This document shows, one piece after another, positions 55,863 to 64,000 of a stretch of 64,000 bases of DNA. The DNA comes from an uncultured Myxococcales bacterium (GTDB taxonomy: Bacteria; Myxococcota_A; UBA9042; DTJE01), in NCBI GenBank assembly GCA_903936705.1, contig CAIZWN010000068.1, positions 105,680 through 169,679 of the forward strand. The letters are read 5' to 3'. The stretch's first letter is position 1; each line of letters starts with the position of its first letter. The position numbers were made by a program, and so were the translations under genes. A model generated the notes under the pieces. The model did no database searches and had not been told where the DNA came from. It saw nothing but the letters and a program-made list of their open reading frames with translations.

Positions 55863-58395
55863 AACTCAGCGTTTCCCATCGCAGTATTACCGACATGCAG
55901 GCCCAGCAGACGAGTGCCATGATGACCAACGACAGGACCAGGCTGCTCTCGGCCTGCTGGTTCGGCGAATTGACCGGTTGCGCCACCAGGCAGGAGGGTG
56001 CACGGCCGTTGCGTGCCACAAAGAATGCCTCGATTGCCAGCAGGGCAAGCAGCAGGGCCAGTGTGGCTGCCGACAGCGCGCCGCCCAGGTACACGGCTGC
56101 CGGGCCATAACGGAATTCCACCTCGTGACGTCCCTCGGGGACGGGCACCGCGCGGAACACACTGTTGGCTCGAAGGATCGGTGTTGGCGTGCCATCGACT
56201 GTGGCTGTCCATCCGCTGGAGTACGAATCCAGCAGCATTACCAGGCCGTCCGCTGCCATGCGGGCATCGATGACTACCCGTTCGTCCTCGTAGACGTCGA
56301 TGTCAACCTTGGACGAGTCTTCGAAAGGAGGCTTTGAGAGGGGGATGGGCGGCATCGATTCAAGGATCGCCTTCATCCTAAGCTGGCGGCCGGTCACGAC
56401 GCGTGCCCCAGCCTTTGCCTGGCTGGAGACAACCTCGACCTGGTGAACGGCGAAGGCTCGGGGCAGCGCAGTCGGATCCTCGAAAACCATGACGGGTGCG
56501 TCCGCAAGAACCGAAACCGAGTCGGCGTGAATAGCGCTGGCATTCGGCGTTACGGTCCAACGGCCTCCAAGGGCGGCAAGGGAACGTCGTGGCTTGTCAT
56601 GCAGGTCTTTGTAGACGTCAAGGAAGGCCGACTGCATAAGGGGAAGGATGCCGTCAACCGCGGGAAGGCCGAAGACCATCGGGAGGCTGAATTCGAGTCC
56701 ATCGATCGGCGCTGCCGGCAGGTCGTTGCGCAGCCAGCCCGATTCCAGGTAGGGTCTTGGGGCGTTGCGGAATACGACGCGTCCGAGGTACGCCTGCATC
56801 CCGCAGGGAGGTTCAGGGCACTCGGCATCGCGGATGGCTGTCACTGTGGCCGGTTGGTCCCAGTAGGTCGGGTCGGTCGAAGGCACCTGGCGCACTCCGA
56901 AGTCCGCTACCGGGACGGCAACGGCGGCCACGACCATTGCGATTCCAGCAGTCCTGAATCGGCGGGCCAGCAGGACTCCCAGAATTGCGGCCACCAGGGC
57001 CAGACCGGCAATGGTGGAATCGCGCACCAGTTCGATGGCAAGCGGGTTGGTCGGTGGGATGCCACGCTGGTATGTAACCAGCAGGATGGACATGGTCGCG
57101 ACCACGACTGCGACTGAGGCGATGACAACGTGGCGAACCCGTGTTCGGCCGGACAGTACGGCATCCAGTCCAGCGGCCGCCAAAGTCGCTGCAAAAAACG
57201 AGATCTCCGCATCCAGCCTGTTCGGAAACCTGAGTCCGCGGAGGAATGGAAGCCGGTACATGGAGGGAACGCCTACGGTCAGCGGCCCCATGGCCACCAG
57301 GGTCATCAGCAGGCAGAAGGCGGCCAGAGCCAGCGTCCAGCGATCGCGGCGAACAAGAACGGCCAGCAATCCCAGAAAGACGGCGGCCGCCCCCAGAAAC
57401 AGGTCAGGCCCCTGTCGCAGCGAGTTGCCAGGGTAGAGCCATAACGTGCCGTTCCCCGTTGTGCCGATAGCTGATGGCACGACGGCCGACGCAAGGGACT
57501 GGATGCTTTCATGCGCCGACATCTGGGCTTCCAGGGAATTTCCGGCTGCCCGCACAGACCCCGATGCCAGTTCAAGGATCGGCAGAACGTGGACCATCCA
57601 TAAACCGCAGGCCAGCAGCAGAGCCAGGGACACCGCTGCAATCATTCTAGGTTTGTCACCGGGTTCCCTGGAGGTCCCGCCAAGCGCCCGAACGACCCCC
57701 CAAAGCCCGATGGTCGAAAGGCCCTGGACCGTCGACTGCGGGTGACCGCACATTGCCATCGTTCCGCCGATTCCGGCAAGCACGACGAAATCGCGAAGAC
57801 GCCCCAGCGCGAACAGTCGCTCGACCGCCCAAAGGCCCCAGGGCAGCCATGCGACGGCCTGGACCAGGTTCAGGTGCGCATGGTGCATCGCCAGATGGCC
57901 CGTCAGCGAGAAGGCGATGCCGCCGGCAAATGCCGCGGGACGACCGACAAAACGCCTGAGGAACAAGCCGGTCCCGGCCGCAGCAAGGGAACAATGCAGA
58001 ACGAAGGAAAGCCCAACGGCCCACCATGCGGGAAGCAAGGTGAATAATACCCAGTTCGGCGGGTACAAAGGGCCCGCCTGTCCCTCGGCAAACAGCGGGA
58101 AACCAAGGTATATGTCGGGAGCCCACAGCGGGAATCGCCCGTCCGCCCATGCCTGGCCGAAGAACGAGCGGATTGGGACATGCAGTTCCGTTATGTCATT
58201 GAAGTACAGCGTCTGCGCGCCGGTCGCAATCGAGGCATGCACCAGGATTGGCAGCAGCACCAGCCCAGTGAAGAACGCAATATCGATCTGGCGATTCTGT
58301 CCGGCAAATCCGGCGAAAGTCGAACATGCCCGGCTTGCCGTGCTTGAATGCGACGCACTGGTGCTCTTCACAACTGAGGCCGTCAGGTGTCCCAC
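55837..58395 (-). CDS. YfhO-family GT-C membrane glycosyltransferase-like protein
   Basis: FPLWAP..LGFPLFAEGQ..LYPPN, GHPQ, RFPNR, ALPRAF, GWTATVDG..ILRAN..FRAVPVPEGRHEVEFRY; many TM helices; start uncertain. Confidence 0.88.
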   Translation of the reverse strand: MGHLTASVVKSTSASHSSTASRACSTFAGFAGQNRQIDIAFFTGLVLLPILVHASIATGAQTLYFNDITELHVPIRSFFGQAWADGRFPLWAPDIYLGFPLFAEGQAGPLYPPNWVLFTLLPAWWAVGLSFVLHCSLAAAGTGLFLRRFVGRPAAFAGGIAFSLTGHLAMHHAHLNLVQAVAWLPWGLWAVERLFALGRLRDFVVLAGIGGTMAMCGHPQSTVQGLSTIGLWGVVRALGGTSREPGDKPRMIAAVSLALLLACGLWMVHVLPILELASGSVRAAGNSLEAQMSAHESIQSLASAVVPSAIGTTGNGTLWLYPGNSLRQGPDLFLGAAAVFLGLLAVLVRRDRWTLALAAFCLLMTLVAMGPLTVGVPSMYRLPFLRGLRFPNRLDAEISFFAATLAAAGLDAVLSGRTRVRHVVIASVAVVVATMSILLVTYQRGIPPTNPLAIELVRDSTIAGLALVAAILGVLLARRFRTAGIAMVVAAVAVPVADFGVRQVPSTDPTYWDQPATVTAIRDAECPEPPCGMQAYLGRVVFRNAPRPYLESGWLRNDLPAAPIDGLEFSLPMVFGLPAVDGILPLMQSAFLDVYKDLHDKPRRSLAALGGRWTVTPNASAIHADSVSVLADAPVMVFEDPTALPRAFAVHQVEVVSSQAKAGARVVTGRQLRMKAILESMPPIPLSKPPFEDSSKVDIDVYEDERVVIDARMAADGLVMLLDSYSSGWTATVDGTPTPILRANSVFRAVPVPEGRHEVEFRYGPAAVYLGGALSAATLALLLALLAIEAFFVARNGRAPSCLVAQPVNSPNQQAESSLVLSLVIMALVCWACMSVILRWETLSSVVRTYGG

Positions 58396-61095
58396 CTATT
58401 TAGTGATGTAGCTGGCAGTAACGGCGGTCGTGGCGGCCGTGGTCTTCAGTGTGACGGTGACCAGGTCCGCGTCCGCGTGTACAGTCGTCGCCTGCGAAAC
58501 GTCGGAGGCGTCGGTCGTCTTGATGTCCAATGATGCACCGCGCTGGACAAGGAAGAACAGGCGCGTGATCCTTCCTGGGACGGCCTTCGTGAACGCTATC
58601 GAGCGAATGCCGTCGGTTGTCGCCGAAGCTTCTTCAAGCACACCCGCACCTCCCATCAGGTGCCGGTCGGTCCCCAGGAACACGGGCGCGGTGTCCAGAT
58701 CGGTGACGTCGCGCGCCAGAATCAGTCTGCCCGACCGCGCTGTCATCGTGACGTCCACGTCGCCTGCCCGAATCGCCTTGTCATCGGCATCGACCAGCAA
58801 CGCGCCGTCGATCAGGTCCAGCATTGCCCGGACTGGCGAGGGGCCGGCAGTGCCCGAACTGGTGTCGGGAATCGATGGGATTCGCAGGGTCCGGTCGCTC
58901 TCGTCCATGTCCTGCTGGGCCGGAATGTCGCGGTTTTCTCCCCAGTGGAACAGGCCGTACACGTAGTACATGCCGCCAAGGGCGTGCAGGGGCACTCGCC
59001 ACAGTTCGGGCCAGCGTTTCTGGAACAGGTCCAATGGCTCGGGCAGCAGCGGCAGCGGCGGGATCATCCGCTGGACCAGTTCCAGCGCCTCGGGGTGAGA
59101 CTCCATGAAGGTGAACGATTCGCCAAGCTTGACGAAGCCTCCGAACAGCGAGGCCCACAGGCCGAAGGCGCGTGCCTCGTTCGAGGCAAGACCCTGTGTG
59201 TCGCGGAAGAACAGTAGATCCGGATGGTTGGACCACACAGTGTTCCCCATCCAGTACCGGTGCGAGGCCGACAGAACGGTGGCCTTGATGCCCTGATCGA
59301 ACGGCGACGAAGTGACGCCCCAGCGCGGCATGTTGTCCAGAGTCAGGCGCATTCCGTCGGCTATGCCATAGTTGACTCCGGTACCTGACACGACCATCAG
59401 GAACGTTTCTGGGCCGATCGTCTCGCGGATGACCTCCAGCGCATCCTTGTACAGGGCAAGGCCGCTCTTGCCCTGGGTCTTGTAGTTTGTTCCAAACATC
59501 GAATAGACACTGAAGTCCAGCTTGATGAACCTGAAGCCCCAGTCCTTCGTGATGCGTCCGTAGATCTCGCGCAGGTAGGCTTTCACCTCGTCGTTCGAAG
59601 GGTCCAACGCCCGGTAGTCCGAGTTGGCGCCCAGCGCGACACTGCCGAATTCGTCCAGTTCCAGCAGCCAGTCGGGGTGCGCAGTCGTAATCGGCCAGTC
59701 CTTGTGCACCCTGAACGGCGCCGTCCAGATGCCAGGCAGGAATCCTGCCGCGACAATCTGCTTTGCCATCCAGGCAAGGCCGTCCTCGCCGCCGTGCATC
59801 GGGAACCTCACCGGGTCGGTGGTCCAGGCGCCGTCGTCCTTCTGCCAGCCGTCATCAAGCAGGAAATAGTCCATACCGTATGGCAGGAAGTCCCGCGTCG
59901 CCGCTTCCAGGTTCTGGAGGATGAAGGTTTCGTCGATGCCTTGTCCGGCGCCTCCAGACCCGAATCCTCCGCCCCAAGAGTTCCAGGACGACGGAGGTGC
60001 GGCTGGCGGGGGTTTCCCGTTGAATGTTGCGATAGCCCGACCGAATCGCAGGAGGCTCTGGTGCGAATCCATGGAAATATCAACGTAGGCGACGTCGGAT
60101 GAAAGGGTTCGTCCGGCATCAAGGCCTGCGACGGGTGCAAAACGGTTCCGGATCGAGAACAGCGACAACCCCTCGACGCCGTCGATCATTACCGCTTTGC
60201 CAGGTACCTGGTCGGTCGAGACGAGGCCAACGGCACGATGGGTGGTCACGAAACCGGCGACGACACACGATTTCGCCGCGGTACAGACGGCTGCGCTCCA
60301 GTTGGATGCCAGGCCGGCGCCAACCATTCCGCCTGGGTTCTCGCCGACCATCTGTGCGTCGGCCTTGAAGTCCAGAACCAGTTCGCTGCCGTTGTCGACA
60401 AGGACGGCGTCGGGCGTTCCGGGTCCCAGGTGCAACGTCGAGTTGCCGGCAAAGTCCACAACCACCGGCCGAATCTCGCTGACCGTAACATCCTGCGAAA
60501 ACGGCATTGCCACGATGGTTCTGAAGGTGACCGCCGGGGTTTCGCGGTGCAGGCTGATGAACGTCGCCACACCTCCGATCTTGTTGGTCGGTACGGCGTC
60601 GAAGCGAATGATGACGGCCTCGCCCAGCTCGTCGGGTGCGTTGATGACCTGATACTGAATGCGGGGGCCAGGGTCCGACGAGGCAATAACCGTGTCAAGA
60701 CCTTGTACCGTGAGGAATGCCTCGGATCTGCCGTTGATGATGCCGTCCCGGCCGGGAACGACACCCAGGTCGAACGTGCCGCGGACCAGGTCGTAAGCCA
60801 GGGTCACGACGCCGTTCGAGACGGTCAACTTGTCGCCTTCCTCGACAGGGTAGAACGGCCCCGACGGCACGTCCTCGATGGAATCGACACCGCCCATGTC
60901 AGGCGAGCCTTCATCCGGTGAAATATCGGGTGGCTGAATGTCCTGTAGAATATCGGGGGTTCCATCGTCGGGAGCCGTTTCGGTGTCGATAACCGTGTCG
61001 GTTCCCGGATCGGTTCCGTTCGAGCTCGAGGACCCGCCGCAACCGAACATCAAAGCCGCTGCCAGTATCGTTGTCCGGATGAACCATCGTTTCAT
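58396..61095 (-). CDS. Alpha-galactosidase-like glycoside hydrolase (GH36/GH27 clan D), lipoprotein
   Basis: Lipobox FG-C; SWNSW, FLLDDGWQ, PGIWTAPF, FIKLDF, MRLTLD, NHPD. Confidence 0.85.
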   Translation of the reverse strand: MKRWFIRTTILAAALMFGCGGSSSSNGTDPGTDTVIDTETAPDDGTPDILQDIQPPDISPDEGSPDMGGVDSIEDVPSGPFYPVEEGDKLTVSNGVVTLAYDLVRGTFDLGVVPGRDGIINGRSEAFLTVQGLDTVIASSDPGPRIQYQVINAPDELGEAVIIRFDAVPTNKIGGVATFISLHRETPAVTFRTIVAMPFSQDVTVSEIRPVVVDFAGNSTLHLGPGTPDAVLVDNGSELVLDFKADAQMVGENPGGMVGAGLASNWSAAVCTAAKSCVVAGFVTTHRAVGLVSTDQVPGKAVMIDGVEGLSLFSIRNRFAPVAGLDAGRTLSSDVAYVDISMDSHQSLLRFGRAIATFNGKPPPAAPPSSWNSWGGGFGSGGAGQGIDETFILQNLEAATRDFLPYGMDYFLLDDGWQKDDGAWTTDPVRFPMHGGEDGLAWMAKQIVAAGFLPGIWTAPFRVHKDWPITTAHPDWLLELDEFGSVALGANSDYRALDPSNDEVKAYLREIYGRITKDWGFRFIKLDFSVYSMFGTNYKTQGKSGLALYKDALEVIRETIGPETFLMVVSGTGVNYGIADGMRLTLDNMPRWGVTSSPFDQGIKATVLSASHRYWMGNTVWSNHPDLLFFRDTQGLASNEARAFGLWASLFGGFVKLGESFTFMESHPEALELVQRMIPPLPLLPEPLDLFQKRWPELWRVPLHALGGMYYVYGLFHWGENRDIPAQQDMDESDRTLRIPSIPDTSSGTAGPSPVRAMLDLIDGALLVDADDKAIRAGDVDVTMTARSGRLILARDVTDLDTAPVFLGTDRHLMGGAGVLEEASATTDGIRSIAFTKAVPGRITRLFFLVQRGASLDIKTTDASDVSQATTVHADADLVTVTLKTTAATTAVTASYITK

Positions 61096-61225
61096 GACAT
61101 CCTCTCAAGCGGGTCCGGGCGTACTGTACCACCGACCGATTGAACTGGCAGCCCCTCAATCACCCCTGGCCCGATTGACAGGCGGCCCCCTGTGCCCTAG
61201 GCTTTCGGCGACTTCGGAGGCAATC

Positions 61226-61702
61226 ATGAAGCGTTCGATCCTCCCGGGAATCTGCTTTCTGGCGATGGTTTCCTGCGGTCCCAATTACATCGTGAACACC
61301 AAGGTAGAGGACACCCCGAACAATCGCCTGATCGCCGACCTGGTGGAACACTACCGGGAGGCGATTCAGCAGCGGGACGTTAGTGCCCTGAAGGAGATCG
61401 TTTCCAGGAAGTACTTCTCGAATGCAGGGACGACTTCCGAGGCAGGGGACGATTACGGGTACGAACAGCTGGAAAAAAGGGTTCTTCCGATGCTTCAGGA
61501 GAACGTCAAGTCGGTACAGTATACCCTCGTTCTAAAGAAGATTACCTTCATGGGCGAGACGCGTGCCGCGGCGGAATTCGAGTACCAGTACAAGTATTTC
61601 TACGTCGAAGCCGGCAAGGAGCGCTGGTCGGCCCGCAACGATTACAACAAGCTGGAATTCGCCTTGGAAGACGGCGTTTGGCGCATTACCAGCGGACTGT
61701 AG
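61226..61702 (+). CDS. Lipoprotein with a probable NTF2/SnoaL-like fold
   Basis: Lipobox MVS-C; YREAIQQRDVSAL..VSRKY; EDGVWRITSGL; GGAGG RBS. Confidence 0.72.
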   Translation: MKRSILPGICFLAMVSCGPNYIVNTKVEDTPNNRLIADLVEHYREAIQQRDVSALKEIVSRKYFSNAGTTSEAGDDYGYEQLEKRVLPMLQENVKSVQYTLVLKKITFMGETRAAAEFEYQYKYFYVEAGKERWSARNDYNKLEFALEDGVWRITSGL

Positions 61703-61752
61703 ATATCCCCGACAAGGTCAACCCGGACGGTGAAGGTGGATCCGAGAGGCGT

Positions 61753-62313
61753 CTAGACGCCGGTCCCGTACGTGTTCGGGATGCAGAATTTGTAGGTGCA
61801 GGACTTGGCGGCAGCCTCGTCTGGCAGGCATTTTTCATTCACGCAATCGGCGTCAACTTCGCAAGACTTCCTGCTGGTTTCGCAGAACAGTTGGGCCTCG
61901 CAACGCGACCATGGCGAACTGGTCGTACATTCCGAGTCCAGGGTGCATGCCACCTTCAGACTGAGGATCTTGCGGCAGGTCGTGTCGGTCGGGCACGAGG
62001 ACCCGTTGCACGGAATAGTGCAGAACGCGACGCCCACAGAACTGACCGGCTGGGTGTCGGCGACCGCCTTGCTTTCGAACATGACGCACGGGCCATCGTT
62101 GCACTGGGGGTGATCCCTGACCACGCACGAATCGAAGCAGTAGACGCCTTCATCGGTACACTGATTGCCGGTGGCTTCGATAGCAGACTTGCAGTCGGAC
62201 TGCATCCGCTGAGTCATCGCGCATTGCTCGAAGACATCTTTTGCAGGACAGGCGATGATCAGTACCGAGAGCATCGCCCCCCCAAACATGACTGCAAAAC
62301 GGCTGGCTGACAC
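61753..62313 (-). CDS. Cys-rich lipoprotein (CglC-like segment)
   Basis: Lipobox IIA-C; about 20 Cys; QCNDGPCV...AFCTIPC...C. Confidence 0.65.
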   Translation of the reverse strand: MSASRFAVMFGGAMLSVLIIACPAKDVFEQCAMTQRMQSDCKSAIEATGNQCTDEGVYCFDSCVVRDHPQCNDGPCVMFESKAVADTQPVSSVGVAFCTIPCNGSSCPTDTTCRKILSLKVACTLDSECTTSSPWSRCEAQLFCETSRKSCEVDADCVNEKCLPDEAAAKSCTYKFCIPNTYGTGV

Positions 62314-62378
62314 CGGTCACCTCCGAGGAATTCGACCCCTCGCATTGTAGCCGAGGGGGAGGTCAGGTCAAGCGCGGG

Positions 62379-63704
62379 TCAAATACAGTCTTTCAGACGA
62401 TCGAAATCGGCGTCAGTTCGCTGTTCTGTAACCGCAATCAGCAGGCAGTCTGCCAGCTCGGGAAAGAAGCGGCCCAGATCAAGACCGGGGACCACTCCGC
62501 GAGTCGAGGCGCGTGCCGTAACCTCGGCGGCGGTCCCGGAAAGTCGAATCACGAACTCGTTGAATGTCGGACCGGCGAAAGGCAGCGATACGCCGGGCAG
62601 GCTGGACAGTTGGGCCTTGAGCATCTCGGCCCGGTGGTGGTTCCATTGTGCCAGTCGGACCATGCCGCCGCGGCCCAGCAGCGACAGGTGTATGGCGACA
62701 GCCAGAGCGCAAAGCCCCTCGTTCGAGCAGATGTTCGACGAGGCCCGTTCGCGGCGGATGTGCTGCTCGCGGGCCGCAAGGGTCAGTGCATAGCAAGGGC
62801 TCCCGTTTGCATCCTTGGTTTGCCCGATCAGACGTCCGGGCATCGCCTTCACGAACGGCTGCTTGACCGCAAAAAAACCGACGTACGGCCCGCCCCATGA
62901 AAGGGGTAGACCAAGCGACTGGCCCTCGCCAGCAGCAAGATCGGCGCCAAGATTGCCAGGGGGTTCGATAAGTCCGAAAGCAAGCGCCTCGGAAAATGTG
63001 GCAACCAGAAGTGCGCCGGAGGCATGGGTGACGTCGGCTATGGCCTGCATGTCCTCGACGATGCCAAGAAAATTCGGCGACTGCAGTACGACTCCGCCGA
63101 CGTCTGGCGCCAGGGCAGCCTTTAGCGCCGCGATATCCGTTGCGCCCGATCCGTCAAACGGGACCTCGATGACATTGTCATGGCCCACGTAGCTGACCAG
63201 GACGTCGCGGTACTGGGGATGCACGGCTCGCGACACCAGGACTTTCGGGCGCCGGGTCTGTCGCACGGCCATCAGCGCCGCCTCGGCGCATCCGGTCGAG
63301 CCTTCGTACATCGAGGCGTTCGCCACGTCCATTCCCAACAAGGACGCGACCATCGTCTGGTATTCGAACTGGGCCTGCAGGGTTCCCTGCGATAGTTCGG
63401 GCTGGTAGGGCGTGTACGAGGTCAGGAACTCGCCACGGGAGGTCAGGTGGTGCACCGCCGCCGGCACGTAGTGGTCATAAGCTCCGGCGCCCAGGAACGA
63501 CAGGGCGCCGCAGCCGGAATTGCGCTCGGACAGGCTGCGCGCATAGGCAAGCACCTCGGCTTCGGACAAGGCTTCAGGTAGATCCAGGCTGCCTGCAATC
63601 TTGAATGCTTCCGGGATCGCCTGGAAAAGGTCGTCCAGCGATGCCACGCCGATGACCTTCAGCATCTGCGCAACTTCTGCGTCGGTATGCGGAGTGAAGT
63701 CCAT
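62379..63704 (-). CDS. gcvPA: Glycine dehydrogenase subunit 1 (GcvPA)
   Basis: FLGAGAYDH, EFLTSYTPYQPELSQGTLQ, NASMYEG, PGRLIG, REQHIRRERASSNICSN. Confidence 0.96.
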   Translation of the reverse strand: MDFTPHTDAEVAQMLKVIGVASLDDLFQAIPEAFKIAGSLDLPEALSEAEVLAYARSLSERNSGCGALSFLGAGAYDHYVPAAVHHLTSRGEFLTSYTPYQPELSQGTLQAQFEYQTMVASLLGMDVANASMYEGSTGCAEAALMAVRQTRRPKVLVSRAVHPQYRDVLVSYVGHDNVIEVPFDGSGATDIAALKAALAPDVGGVVLQSPNFLGIVEDMQAIADVTHASGALLVATFSEALAFGLIEPPGNLGADLAAGEGQSLGLPLSWGGPYVGFFAVKQPFVKAMPGRLIGQTKDANGSPCYALTLAAREQHIRRERASSNICSNEGLCALAVAIHLSLLGRGGMVRLAQWNHHRAEMLKAQLSSLPGVSLPFAGPTFNEFVIRLSGTAAEVTARASTRGVVPGLDLGRFFPELADCLLIAVTEQRTDADFDRLKDCI

Positions 63705-63762
63705 CGCGCCGACCTCCTTGCCTGGAAATGATGGCGAAACTGACGACACAAGGAAGCGGGCG

Positions 63763-64000
63763 TCAGCCCTCCTCGTCGTCCAGTTTACCCAGCAGTTCCT
63801 CGTAGTCGTCGGCGCTCAGAAGTTCGTCGATCTGCTCGAGGTCCTCGACCTCGATGCGGATCAACCAGCCCTCTTCGTAGGGGTCCGTGTTGATCACCGC
63901 CGAGTCGTCGTTCAGGAGTTCGTTGACTTCCAGAACAACCCCGCTGACCGGCGCGAAGACCTCGGTGGAGGCCTTCTGAGAATCGATCATGCCGACGGGC
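63763..64000 (-). CDS. gcvH: Glycine cleavage system H protein, partial (5' end beyond the window)
   Basis: IDSQKASTEVFAPVSG (lipoyl-Lys), EVNE, INTDPYEEGW. Confidence 0.92.
   Translation of the reverse strand, partial: PVGMIDSQKASTEVFAPVSGVVLEVNELLNDDSAVINTDPYEEGWLIRIEVEDLEQIDELLSADDYEELLGKLDDEEG

Overview
GC-rich bacterial chromosomal segment that looks like a Myxococcota/deltaproteobacterial lineage (inferred from Ser/Thr kinases, MYXO-CTERM-like and CFI-box-CTERM sorting motifs, PEGA, a CglC-like protein and many Cys-rich lipoproteins). It holds about 57 protein-coding genes. I found no rRNA, tRNA, CRISPR array, integrase or transposase. Left part: a partner-switching/c-di-GMP operon, a CheR plus hybrid histidine kinase module, a TetR-HlyD-ABC efflux operon, and secreted or lipoprotein genes. 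Centre: a candidate extracytoplasmic redox module made of a tetraheme cytochrome c lipoprotein with a bare ApbE flavinylation motif (DTVTGAT), a Tat-lipoprotein DUF362, a Tat-lipoprotein KstD/FccA-like flavoprotein and ApbE. Right part: core genes (dnaJ, rpoN-hpf-rapZ, tolC-lolA-rimO, rplY-pth-rpsF-rpsR-rplI-rsmE, aspS, gcvH-gcvPA). Other highlights are a 34-bp direct repeat flanking an AAA/DUF4143 gene that duplicates the 3' end of a YfhO-type gene, a putative TetR operator shared with a tolC gene 23 kb away, and a TraA/TraB-like polyprotein with an internal sorting signal. All calls come from reading motifs by eye; no searches were run.
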